A stretch of 63,985 nucleotides of DNA, counting the filler, from Trichomonas gallinae (taxonomy: Eukaryota): assembly GCA_008369845.1 (NCBI GenBank). It is 6 parts of 6 records of this genome, joined end to end, with 100 filler letters (N's around TTAATTAATTAA, not from the genome) between each part and the next. Parts side by side here need not be neighbours in the genome. Positions count along the whole stretch, not along the records: positions 1 to 8,738 come from MRSU01000661.1; positions 8,839 to 24,539 come from MRSU01000663.1; 4 more parts are not named here. One strand, 5' to 3'. Made by a program: the position numbers and the translations under genes. The notes under the pieces are model-generated. The model worked only from the letters and a program-made list of their open reading frames with translations. It searched no databases and was not told the origin of the DNA. Every line of letters starts with the position of its first letter. Positions within the stretch are counted from its first letter, which is position 1. This document shows, piece by piece, positions 1 through 10,725 of the stretch.

Positions 1-1256
1 ACAGAAAGAAATCAGAAGATCGAGATGAAATTCTGCTTGTTTCAGCGTCATTCCACGTGTATAACTCCTTAAAATTATTAAATTCCAATTATACAATCCT
101 ATATATTATACATTAATACATTGATTCATTCTACAACACTAAAATAAAAAATTATTTTTCATGTTCATAATATTTCCTATTTTTATTGTTATGCACTTAT
201 TCAATGGCTAAAACAAACCATATCTGTATATATAAAATTTCGAAAATCCAAGATTTTTAAAGCAAAAAAAATGAAATTTCAAAAAAATCAAGTATAAAAA
301 TATGTTTTTTCATACGTTTATTTTCAAAAATTAACTTTGCACACCGGGAAAAAGCACGACAATCTCTGTTTAACACATACAAACACGTCACTATGGCATG
401 AATAACAATATCTATTATATTGTTTCGAACCTAACTAAATCAATTCAGATTATTCGTAACATTTTATTAAAAACATGCATTTTTAACACACCAGCACCAC
501 TCGAATACGATATAAATCCATTAACATTTCATTTACTCCACATATATTTGCAAGTTATTAATATAATTCCAAAAATCATCCTTTTCCACAATTTATATTA
601 TTCACGCTAAAGTACAACACAAAGTATCAATAAACGTGTATTTTACAATTAACCTATATATTAAAACGTATTTGATATATGCTGATTATTCTTTTTCATA
701 AAATCAGTTTTTGACAACTGTTAATAGCAAAAAATGACTGCAGAAATAAAGTTCTTAATGACATGCTAAAATAATTACCTGATTATAGTAGTAACTTATC
801 TCAAGAATTTTTATTTAAACAGTAATTGTTATTTTTCTTGATTCAAAACCTAGTATTTCATGAAATTCTTTATAAAGTTTACATGGCTAGCTTTGTTTGC
901 TAGATTTGAGAAATTGAATTATCAACTCCAAAACGCCCTTATGAACCTCTTAGATATCTTAAGGGTAAGATCTATATCTTTGGTAGATACTATGGGTAGA
1001 ATACTAGCCCGATTTCTACGCTACATTTTTGGCGAAAAATCAAAATAATAGATTTTTAAAAATTCAATAAGTGTCACCCCCTCATTTTTTTGATATAGAA
1101 TTTCATGGGGCTGAAAAACTAATTTTCCAAGACTTACAAATAACAATAATATATAATTAACACTGTATTCATGTAGAGTAGTATCTAATTTAATATTTGC
1201 ACTGTTTTAAAATAATGTTTTGCGCATTGATTGTCTGGATTAAGTCATTTTTAGAT

Positions 1257-2606
1257 ATGTTTGACAATCCAATTGTTTCAACATTTGGTCTATGTCTAGA
1301 TAAGCTGACTAAGATGGAATTTACTGATGAAAGATCAATAGATCATGCAGCAGAACTATGCAAGATGATGAGAAGAGTCACAAAAAGAAATCCACAAATG
1401 GATTTTCCTCAGAACATCATTTCTCAAGCACATTACGATATGTTTATCAGAGTTTGTCTAGATAGAAGTCTTGTCAATACAGTTTTGCACAAAAATATGT
1501 ACAAATTCATTTTAAAAGTTTTATTAGAAGAAAAAAGATACAAAAGAACCGAATTTTTGTCAAAACTAACTCCAGCATACGAAGAATTTTGCAATTTGTT
1601 TGACGAAATACAACCAGATGGAGAATATAATACAAAATATTGGATCTTTACAATTATGGGAAGTTTAATTTATACAGACACACAGTACTATACTAAGATC
1701 TTTCCAAAATTCAACATTGAAGTTGCAAACGAATTATTTTATGGAAATCCATATTATTGCTTCTATTTATATAATTTAGTGCGCAATCCTGAGATAAACT
1801 ACGAAGGAATGAATGGAGTTGTTCATAGTGTCATAGTGAATTCTGCTTCAATTCTTACCAATCTCGATGCAACAAGCAAAGATCCTTATACGTTCAAATC
1901 AGAAATGAACAGAGCCAGTTATTGTCTTCGAGCACTCACATGCTGTACAAGATGCCCAGAAATTTTTATAAAAACATTTGAGGGCAATAATCTTAATGAC
2001 GAATTCATTAGAAAGCTTATAGAATATGATATTATCTACGGCGATGTTATTGATCTATTGAAGGCAATTATGCAAATATATACAAAGCCTCCATTTCCTC
2101 TGCCAATTTTCGGAATATTGTTTGGAATTTCGGATATTCTCGAAAAGAAGTACCATTTATCCAAATATATAAATATTGCCGAAAATTCAATACAATTCAT
2201 GTCATCTCTTGTAGAAAGTAATATTTATGTTGAAGATCTCGCGCAGCAATGTTTTCAGTATGGAATGAATATGTTAATAATCAACTTAACTGAGATAGGT
2301 GTGCAATTCGCTTATCTTGAGTTCCTAAGAAACGTAGCAAAAATTAATATCAACTTTCCAATTGTTTCAGATGATATTTCACTACAACTTGCTAAAGCTT
2401 TCATTCCTGATGATGAGCCATTTGTTGCTCTAGAATTTATCATTCTCAGACTTCAATTTGCAATTCCAACCGGAGAATATGAGTTATTCAAATCAATACT
2501 TGATGATAATGACATAGAAATGATTGAAGATCTTCAAACTAGTGAAGACGAACAAGTTTCAAATGCCGCAAAAGTTTTATCTGAGATGTTATCGCAAATT
2601 AATTAA
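1257..2606 (+). CDS. ARM-repeat / divergent importin-alpha-like protein
   Basis: Long ORF; first ATG after Inr TCATTT (1245) is at 1257. Helical Leu/Ile-rich sequence; C-terminus IEDLQTSEDEQVSNAAKVLSEML resembles the last ARM helix of importin-alpha. Confidence 0.6.
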   Translation: MFDNPIVSTFGLCLDKLTKMEFTDERSIDHAAELCKMMRRVTKRNPQMDFPQNIISQAHYDMFIRVCLDRSLVNTVLHKNMYKFILKVLLEEKRYKRTEFLSKLTPAYEEFCNLFDEIQPDGEYNTKYWIFTIMGSLIYTDTQYYTKIFPKFNIEVANELFYGNPYYCFYLYNLVRNPEINYEGMNGVVHSVIVNSASILTNLDATSKDPYTFKSEMNRASYCLRALTCCTRCPEIFIKTFEGNNLNDEFIRKLIEYDIIYGDVIDLLKAIMQIYTKPPFPLPIFGILFGISDILEKKYHLSKYINIAENSIQFMSSLVESNIYVEDLAQQCFQYGMNMLIINLTEIGVQFAYLEFLRNVAKININFPIVSDDISLQLAKAFIPDDEPFVALEFIILRLQFAIPTGEYELFKSILDDNDIEMIEDLQTSEDEQVSNAAKVLSEMLSQIN

Positions 2607-2920
2607 TAAAACTTGTTGTTTGTATTATAAGATTCTTATTTTGAAGATTTAAATATCGATCATATTCATATATAAAGCATTACAGTTAATAATATCATAA
2701 AATTTTTGAATATAATAAAAATATAATTTTTAATTCAAATTTACATGTTTATTAACTGAACTTCTCTATATTTTAATGTGCCATCTTTTGCCAAATAGTT
2801 TATAATTTTATTCATTATTAATTAAGTATAACAAGATCATTTCTTGAGTAGTACTTGATTTGTATAAGCTATACAGGTCATATTCATCACGACAAAACTC
2901 TTATAAGTATTATACATTAA

Positions 2921-3382
2921 TTACATCCAAACTTCACCTGGAAGTCTAATTCTAAAGTTTGCATTTGGCTCAAATTTGTAAGAGTTGCCCTGAGATGGCT
3001 TAGCAATACGAAGTGCGATAAGGAAAATGTCAATATACCAGCCAAGACCGAAAAATCCGCCAGTAAACAACTTAAATATTCCAATTGTAGGATATCCAAG
3101 ATAGAATCTGTCTGCGCCGAGGAAACCGAAAACCACAGATAATAATAAAGCTAATGATGGACTTTTTCCTGTCGATGGATAGCATATAATCTTCTGTTTG
3201 ACTTCTTTTTCACCTTCACAATCTATTAAAGGCGAGCAATTTATTTCATAATATCCAGATTGAGGGCATGTAATAACATACGGCACGGAGTTACTTGGAG
3301 CTGTGCAATTCAAGTACCATGAGCTTACGTCACTGCATTTTGGTAAACTCAGTGAAGTTTTCAACAAAGCAACAAAAAACAT
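2921..3382 (-). CDS. TM2 domain-containing protein
   Basis: Signal peptide, Cys-rich ectodomain, and TM2 signature LLSVVFGFLGADRFYLGY...KLFTGG..G.GWYID. Start moved from GTG to the ATG at 3382. Confidence 0.9.
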   Translation of the reverse strand: MFFVALLKTSLSLPKCSDVSSWYLNCTAPSNSVPYVITCPQSGYYEINCSPLIDCEGEKEVKQKIICYPSTGKSPSLALLLSVVFGFLGADRFYLGYPTIGIFKLFTGGFFGLGWYIDIFLIALRIAKPSQGNSYKFEPNANFRIRLPGEVWM

Positions 3383-3667
3383 TGACACTTTTTTCGATGA
3401 TAATTTAATCTTTTCGTTCTCTTAAGCATATAATATTACTACCTACAAAAATCTCTTTTTTCATAAAGAAAGTCTCCAAATTCCGATTATTTATAAAACT
3501 ATTTTCCCTATAATAAAATTTACTAGGGTGACATACTATTTTGTTTTATTATATTGCTAGATTCACTAATAGTTAGCTCAAAAATCTATTACAATATTAG
3601 TTAATATGATCATATATCAGTAATGAAAATTCATTTTTAAAAAATACTAGAATTTAAGAGATATTTA

Positions 3668-4435
3668 TTAAATCATTAGCTCTGATATTGAAAATATGGC
3701 AACTTTTCCACTGAGCTTTACGCGATCGCCGCATAATTCACAGTATAAAACACCGCCTCTTTTTGAAGCTTGATAGGCAATTATTTTGCTTTTGTTCTCT
3801 TTGTGTACCCAATATGGGACAATGTGGCAGTGGCCAGATCCACACACAGGGTCTTCGCATATGCTGCACTTAGGGGCGAAGCTTCTTGACACGCACTCGT
3901 AATCTTTTGCAGTTGCGTGCTGAAGTAAGCCGTCGAGTTTCTTCAGCTTTTCTTGATCAGGATTAAGGTTTCTAACAATGTCTTCATTCTCGAATACACA
4001 AAGAAGATCTCTGCCCATATATGCATCAATAGGTTTTGCTCCATAAGCTTCTGTCATTGCTTCTGTGATTTCAACATTTTTCAAGGAATAAGCAGGGAAG
4101 TCTAATTCATACAAATCGTTATTCCTTTTTACAATAAGAAGTCCGCTTAGCGTGTTAAATCTAACTTCTTGTGCATTTTCTTCATAATAATTCATAATAA
4201 CATAAGCAGTTCCAAGTGTTGCATGTCCACATAAGTCTATTTCACCTCCAGGAGTGAACCATCTAAGGTGATAATGATCCTTCTCTTTCACAGCAAAAGC
4301 TGTTTCTGATAAATTGTTTTCTCTGGTTATATTCATCATTAAATCCTCTGGGAGCCATTTTTCTAGTATGCAAACTGCGGCAGGATTTCCAGAAAAGACT
4401 TTATCAGTAAAAGCATCAACGATGAATTGTCTCAT
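3668..4435 (-). CDS. PhzF/PhzC-family phenazine-biosynthesis-like isomerase/epimerase
   Basis: VDAFT...GNPAAV, NLSETAF, LRWFTPGGEIDLCGHATL, SRSFAP...EDPVCGSGHC motifs. Confidence 0.95.
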   Translation of the reverse strand: MRQFIVDAFTDKVFSGNPAAVCILEKWLPEDLMMNITRENNLSETAFAVKEKDHYHLRWFTPGGEIDLCGHATLGTAYVIMNYYEENAQEVRFNTLSGLLIVKRNNDLYELDFPAYSLKNVEITEAMTEAYGAKPIDAYMGRDLLCVFENEDIVRNLNPDQEKLKKLDGLLQHATAKDYECVSRSFAPKCSICEDPVCGSGHCHIVPYWVHKENKSKIIAYQASKRGGVLYCELCGDRVKLSGKVAIFSISELMI

Positions 4436-5302
4436 TAATGAAAAATGTCACATTTATTGCTTGAATACTTAGAAATTGAAGTATATATACATAAAATATT
4501 ATAAAGCAATGATTAATTTCTAATAATTTGTTAATTCTTAGAATTATTTTATTTATTGTTCTTATATTGTTAGTTTCATCAGCATTGATGGAGTTTAGTG
4601 CTTTAAAACACAATCGCTGGCACAACATCAATTAGTAAGTTTAATATTATTGATATGTTGCGGCAAAAGGTATTATTTGTTTCATCATTCATGAATTTAA
4701 TTGGTGGATAAATAAGCAAGCTGGGTACAAGTGTTGCGTTTTATTCTCTGATAATTCATGATTCGATATTATTGGTGTCATCCCCTATTTAAAGTAACAT
4801 ATATGTGTCACCTTTTAGGAAGTTGTTAAATTTTCTTTCTCAGCATTATACTTTGCTGGATTATCAATCATGTCAATAATTGCAGTAAAAGTACCAGCTA
4901 AAACTATTTCATCGAATTCCAATGATGCAAAGCATACTTCCACCTAAAAATATTTTGCAGATGAGATTTTTTCAAATTCAATTCAAGAATTTCATATAAA
5001 AGATCAGCACTGATGCAGTTTCAGTCGTTTTACCTTTCAAAACGAAATGGTCAGTTCAATATGTTCGACAATTTTACCATCATTAAGAAATTACGAAATT
5101 TAAAGTGCCGGACAAAGATACACGTAAAGAAAGCATCTCTTGTTCATTCTCTTTTCCTTAAGATTTCATCAATATAAAATTCAGATATGATGAGAATTGA
5201 AATTTCACAAAGAAAACTGCAAAAAGTAGATGCTTACAGCCAAATAAAACCAGAGAAGTAAAATAAGTCGAAGATAATAAATTAAAGTCAGAAAAGGTGA
5301 CA

Positions 5303-5310
5303 GGCGGTTA
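5303..5310 (+). promoter_or_regulatory. M3-type (Myb-recognition-like) core promoter element
   Basis: GGCGGTTA fits the trichomonad DRCSGYTD motif as I recall it, 12 nt upstream of the VPS29 ATG. Confidence 0.5.
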
Positions 5311-5322
5311 GAATTCTTCAAA

Positions 5323-5880
5323 ATGCTCGTCCTTATCATCGGCGACATGTTTATTCCATACAAAGCTCATGAAATATCCCAAGTCTTCCGCGAGAAACTT
5401 GGACCGAACAAAATCCACAAAATTCTCTGCACTGGCAATGTTTGCGTCAAGGAAGGTCTCGATTACTTGAGGACAATCTGCAACGAAATTGTTGTTGTTC
5501 GCGGTGAGCTCGACGACGAAGGAATTTCTAACATTGATCAGACTGTTCTAACAATTGGCGGATTTAGAGTCGGACTTGTCAGCAGCATTGATATTTTGCC
5601 ACCACGCGACCCAGCCGCTTATGCTCTTAAGCAGCGCGAGCTTGATGTCGATATTCTTATCCACGGCGGCACACACAAGGCATCCGCTTATGTTTACGAT
5701 AACCACTTCTACTTAGACCCAGGAAGTGCTACAGGAGCTTTCACACCATTAAATCCAAAGCCAACTCCATCATTCATTCTTCTTAATGTTCAAGGCAAAT
5801 CTGCCGTTGCATATATTTATACCCTTGATGACGAAAGCTCGATTTCTGTCACAAAGGAGCGTTTCAATAAGGAAGAATAA
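5323..5880 (+). CDS. VPS29: Vacuolar protein sorting 29 (retromer subunit, metallophosphoesterase fold)
   Basis: MLVLIIGD..IP, KILCTGN, VVRGE.D, LDVDILIHGGTH, DPGSATGA, PSFILL motifs; 185 aa. Confidence 0.95.
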   Translation: MLVLIIGDMFIPYKAHEISQVFREKLGPNKIHKILCTGNVCVKEGLDYLRTICNEIVVVRGELDDEGISNIDQTVLTIGGFRVGLVSSIDILPPRDPAAYALKQRELDVDILIHGGTHKASAYVYDNHFYLDPGSATGAFTPLNPKPTPSFILLNVQGKSAVAYIYTLDDESSISVTKERFNKEE

Positions 5881-6149
5881 GATAGTTAAATATACTGGAT
5901 CTTAAATCAGTCACTTTTCTATAATTTGACAATTTTTGATTAAATAAATCCTTATTTAATATGCTACAGAAGTCTTTGCTGTCACAGCTTGAACACTAAT
6001 TTACACTCTTACCCCTTTTTAATATGTCATAAAATAATATTGATAAGCGAAAACATATAAAATAGCAACGACAAAAAGGTTTAGGTGAAGTGAATATAAA
6101 AGAAAATAACATTTAGATGTGAATGAAGTTAAAAATGGAAATATTGAAA

Positions 6150-6608
6150 TTATAAATTATTCAATCTAGCTAATATAGAGTCGAGCTTAAGCTTGAGGGT
6201 GGCATAGTCTTCTGTAATTCTCTGGTAGATGCTCTGCTTTATGCAGTTTCTCTTGCATTTACCATCGTTAAAGTCGTTATGTTCAACAGGTGGTGGTGTT
6301 TTAGTTGGTTCGACTGGTTTCTCTATTTGTGGTGTAGGAATTGGCTCGCTAGGCTTTGAGGGTGTAATTTGTTTATTTGGTTGGTTCAAAGATCTTTTTA
6401 GTTGGCAAAGAGGCCATAATAATATGCGTCTAATCCATTTGCAGTAGAATCTAAGCCCATTTAACAATCTGCGGTAAAAGAATTTAAATGGAATCATTAA
6501 AGTCGATGTCTTGTGCGAAACGCACTCGAATACTTGCGGCCAGTACTCATCTTTATCAGAGCAGCTGTTTTCTAATGCAGAACTTAAAAAGAAATATAAT
6601 ATCAGCAT
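6150..6608 (-). CDS. Hypothetical protein with signal peptide, Pro-rich linker and C-terminal coiled coil
   Basis: ATG at 6608 (MLILYFFLSSA) downstream of a TCACTTTT Inr; PSKPSEPIPTP/PTKTPPP stretch. Confidence 0.7.
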   Translation of the reverse strand: MLILYFFLSSALENSCSDKDEYWPQVFECVSHKTSTLMIPFKFFYRRLLNGLRFYCKWIRRILLWPLCQLKRSLNQPNKQITPSKPSEPIPTPQIEKPVEPTKTPPPVEHNDFNDGKCKRNCIKQSIYQRITEDYATLKLKLDSILARLNNL

Positions 6609-7139
6609 TGAGATTATTACCAAAAAGTGACAATTTTCGCGGTTTATTTCTTGCTGTGATAAATAAAATCACTCGTTTTAATGCCACTGATAATTGAGTG
6701 CAGCATATAATAATCTTTTGCGCGCAAAAGTGATACTATACACGTCAAAATTATTTATATTTTTGACATGTAAAAAGACTTTTAGTGGTGCATCAAAGAA
6801 TATGATTTTGGATAGCTCTTAGTCTCAAAGGGTGCAATGAATCATTTAGACTCTAATACTCGTTGAGAATATAAGTTGACACACTGATTTTTCTCCGATT
6901 GTATTCAATTTGGGACTGTGCTCGATCTTGTATAACAGATCACATATAGATGATAATCCTAAAATACATATATCTCAATGTTAATAAATCTACGCAGTTA
7001 ATAAATGCTAGTTCAGAGCTTTTGCAAAGCGTTTATGTTTCGATCAAAAGTGCACCAACAATGGCCACTGCTATATGAAAGTGCCTATGACAATATATGA
7101 CCAAAAAGTCGAGTTATTTCAAAATATAAATAACAAAAT

Positions 7140-8630
7140 TTATTCTGGTTCTGGTGCGACAAGCCATCGTTGCACATTAGTATTAAATGAGTCTATTATA
7201 TCTTTATCGCCGTTAGCATAAAAAGATGGATCAGTGGATTCATCTAGAACGTCATTTACCCAGTCATTAAAATCAGAATCTTCGAATACTATGTCTCTAA
7301 TACATGTAAAGTTATTGATATTTGCAATTTCTGCGATTCTACATAAAGCTTTCATAATTGTAACTATTTCAGGTCGATATGCATCAGCTTCGCATCTCCA
7401 TATTGCTTGGAATACATCTGGTGTGCTTGAAATTGTGATAATTTCGGTATCATTACATTCAAGTACTGTAATTGACAATGCGAGTGCTATGAACGTCTTT
7501 GCTTCGAATGTTGATGATGAGGCAGCTTCAGCCAGCCTTCCAACGATGTTATGATTCATAATAAAATCGTGATAAATTTGTGATAATTTGATCATAAGTT
7601 TTTCGATGCTTTCATTAATTTTTGGAACATCTGATACTGCCTGAGCAATAACAAAATCAAAAAATGACATAATTGTTTCTTCATCAGTTATTATATTTGA
7701 ATACATATAAATTAGCATGAAAATGTACTTACAAACTGCAGAAATGTATTTTGGACAATCTGAATCCTGTGTAGCAAGAATTCTATTTGCCCAATCTAAA
7801 AATCTAGAAATTTGATTTACTTTTCCGTGTACAATCGAAGTTGTCAATGCGCTAACAAACAATGCGCGGATCATTGAGTCCATTTCGTTCCAATATCCCC
7901 AAATTAATTCAACAAAATCTATACATGCATTTAAATAGTCTTGCTCTAGTCTTTCTGGGAACTCTCTATGATAGAAATCATAAGTAAATAATGATTTAGC
8001 TAATTTACACAAGTTTTCTAAATCTATTTCTATATGACTAAATAAAGCTTCATTTAATTGATAAATAACTCCAAATCCTATTAATTCGTTTCTATGTGAT
8101 TTTGAAATTGATGCAAAATTAGCCATTGCAAAAAGAGAATAATCTCTTGTGAAATAATCTAAAACTATTTGAAATGCACCGTGAGCTTGCAATGCACGGC
8201 AATTTTCATAGTCAGCAAATAAATAAGCAATGCATTTTAATGCTAAATTGGATAATTCTTCTGCACTAACATTTTTCACTTCTGGATCGTCTAGGATAGG
8301 AATTTCCATAAGCTCTTCTTGTCCATCATCTCCAACTATCCATTTTCTCTGAACAACTCGATCAGGGATTGGAGTTTCAAAAATTAGTCTAATTTGATTG
8401 ATTGTTCTATCTTCAAGAATCAAATTGTCAACCTTTGATATTTCAATAAGCTCTTCAAGTGCATTTGCTCGATCATTTTTATCATCAACAAAAAGATTTA
8501 TTGTAACATTCTCAATATGTGCATCTTTTTCTCTCCTTGATTTTCTTTCACGATCTTCTTTAAGTTCGTTTGCTATAAATGCAATAGAATCATCAATAAT
8601 ACCATGAAAATCTTCAATTTTATAATCCAT
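7140..8630 (-). CDS. ARM-repeat / divergent importin-alpha-like protein
   Basis: ATG at 8630 (MDYK) directly after Inr TCATTT; basic N-terminal patch RERKSRREK; ARM-like helical repeats. Confidence 0.6.
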   Translation of the reverse strand: MDYKIEDFHGIIDDSIAFIANELKEDRERKSRREKDAHIENVTINLFVDDKNDRANALEELIEISKVDNLILEDRTINQIRLIFETPIPDRVVQRKWIVGDDGQEELMEIPILDDPEVKNVSAEELSNLALKCIAYLFADYENCRALQAHGAFQIVLDYFTRDYSLFAMANFASISKSHRNELIGFGVIYQLNEALFSHIEIDLENLCKLAKSLFTYDFYHREFPERLEQDYLNACIDFVELIWGYWNEMDSMIRALFVSALTTSIVHGKVNQISRFLDWANRILATQDSDCPKYISAVCKYIFMLIYMYSNIITDEETIMSFFDFVIAQAVSDVPKINESIEKLMIKLSQIYHDFIMNHNIVGRLAEAASSSTFEAKTFIALALSITVLECNDTEIITISSTPDVFQAIWRCEADAYRPEIVTIMKALCRIAEIANINNFTCIRDIVFEDSDFNDWVNDVLDESTDPSFYANGDKDIIDSFNTNVQRWLVAPEPE

Positions 8631-8738
8631 GAAAAAATGACAAAAAAAAAAAATATGAAAAAATTGTAATTTTACAAAACCGCCCAACAAAATCAAATGT
8701 AAATTGTCAAAATTTATGTTTATGTGGCAAAATTTTTA

Positions 8739-8838
8739 NNNNNNNNNNNNNNNNNNNNNNNNNNNNNNNNNNNNNNNNNNNNTTAATTAATTAANNNNNN
8801 NNNNNNNNNNNNNNNNNNNNNNNNNNNNNNNNNNNNNN
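8739..8838. other. Artificial contig linker
   Basis: N44-TTAATTAATTAA-N44 (stops in all six frames). Confidence 0.98.
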
Positions 8839-8913
8839 AAACGGTAACATTTTTCTATAGTTTACATTTTTAGACAGGTTTGCACAGCGTTAGACGGGTT
8901 TTTCGCGTGACTG
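8839..8913. mobile_element. Probable terminus of a Tc1/mariner/pogo-type DNA transposon at a contig edge
   Basis: Ends ...CGCGTGACTG|TA (reverse complement TA|CAGTCACGCG) with subterminal repeat TTAGACRGGTTT twice; runs into the gap. Confidence 0.5.
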
Positions 8914-9049
8914 TATATTGTTTTAAATAGTTTGTTTATCTATATAAATGCATCACACTTTTTAGAATTTGAAATCTCAAAAATAGTGTAAAAAAATAAG
9001 CCAGCTGATTTCACAATCGAATTATATAAATTACTCCAAAGAATTGATT

Positions 9050-10160
9050 TAAAGAATCTATGCAATTAATTTAGCAAACTAACAACACGCATTCATTGCA
9101 ATTAACAATTTATAATTAGTCTTATAATATATAAATAATCAATATATGACTATATACAATTGCTTTAGGATAATTATTCACAACATGAGGAATATAATTA
9201 TAAAACATTTAGCACCGAATGATTAAGGGGATTAAGGATGCAGTTTCTCTATCAAATGATCTCATGTTGACATCATTTCCAATCAATGAGAGAAGATATT
9301 TACAGATGCTATAATTATCACTAAAACAAGCTAGATATAATAATGATCTATTATTGCTTGTTGGTGAATTTACATTCATTCCAGGAAGTTTGCAAAAATA
9401 TTTCAAAGCTTCTAGGTTATCTCGACGATAGAAAAGTCACACAGGGTTTACACCACATGGTCCATTTATTGATGGATTTACACCAAATTCTGCATGCATT
9501 TTAACTAATTAAAAAATATTCATATCTGAGCTATATGTGATGATATTCTCAGAATAATATTGAGAATCAATTCTTTCAATTTTTTGAGCGGTCACTTCAA
9601 AGTTACTCGATGTTTTTTCAATCATCTTAAGTTTCTTGTCTTATCTGTAGTTTCACATTTTTTGAAACATCATCAATCTTTGATTTAATATCTTCTAAAC
9701 TATTCTGCTGTACCATTTTCATTACATCGAATTTTGCATTTTGTGTTTTCTTGATGTCTTCAAGAATCGTGTTCTGCGAAGTTTTCAATGATCTAATTTC
9801 ATCACGAATGGAATTCGTGATTGTATTGTTTAATAATGAACCGATTGATTCGGTCATCTTCAGAATGAATGGAATATTTAACTCAATGAATATTGTGTTT
9901 AAGTAATTCAATATTTCCGATATATTGTTTGTGTATTCCACATTAGCATGTTATAGCAGATTCAATATCGAGTTTCTATCATATTTTCCGGAAGCATTCT
10001 TGAAAAATATGTCGAATTCTAAAGATTTCAAAGATTTTGCATCAAGAAATCCGCATATCTCCTCTACACTTCTGCATTCTAAGAAGCTGCTATCAGACAC
10101 GTAATCTTTTACATTCTGTGCATTTTCCTTCCAATCCGGAGAAAAATATCTAAAAAAATA
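9050..10160 (-). pseudogene. Ankyrin-repeat protein pseudogene (trichomonad expanded family)
   Basis: ORFs 9951-10199 and 9627-9941 are in one frame split by a single TAA (LL*HANVEY); further disruptions precede ankyrin repeats (VNSPTSNNRSLLYLACFSDNYSICKYLLSL, NDVNMRS). Confidence 0.8.
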
Positions 10161-10725
10161 TTTTTTTAACTTTCCACACAAAGTTATTTTGTTTTTCATG
10201 ATACTACATCAGTGACTGGTGTATAATAATAAGAAATATGTTTGAATCCATTTTCAATATTTAACATATTTTCCAAATTTATATAGAATTAGTTTATCAC
10301 TATAAAATAAATCATTAATATATGTACATATATCACTTGCATTATCACTATATGAATTTCGCATTATAAAATCCATCATTGTTAAAATTTGTAAATAATA
10401 TATAATAAAACATTAATATTTTACTCTATCTAGCCACAGCAGAAGTCTACAATGACAAATCTTCCATCTGGGCCGACGTGATGGTTTGTATTATTGTTGA
10501 CGAGATTCTATGCATAGAATAGCATCGATGACATGATTTTGTTTTTCAAGGAATGATATTATGGGTTCCATTCTTGGTACAAAATTAGATTCGTTGGCAA
10601 TAATTTAACATCTTTTGTCCAAATATTTGATAAATTTCCCAAATTACAAATTCGACTTTGTTGAATTGCAAAAAATAGTTATCAATACTATGTCACTGTG
10701 TTTCGTATGAGTTTTGTCCATTTTT

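Noticed and set aside
398..1048. Short AT-rich ORFs (398-610, 860-1048; also 30811-31014, 32556-32768, 34768-35082, 40682-40915, 46940-47185)
   Set aside because: I/N/F/L/K-rich products typical of random AT-rich DNA, with no motifs.
4690..5280. Possible membrane-protein pseudogene between PhzF and VPS29
   Set aside because: Only one short hydrophobic stretch amid many stops; too little evidence to call.
9948..9953. Stop-codon reassignment (TAA read as an amino acid)
   Set aside because: TAA, TAG and TGA all terminate well-supported genes in this window, and the affected gene has further lesions.
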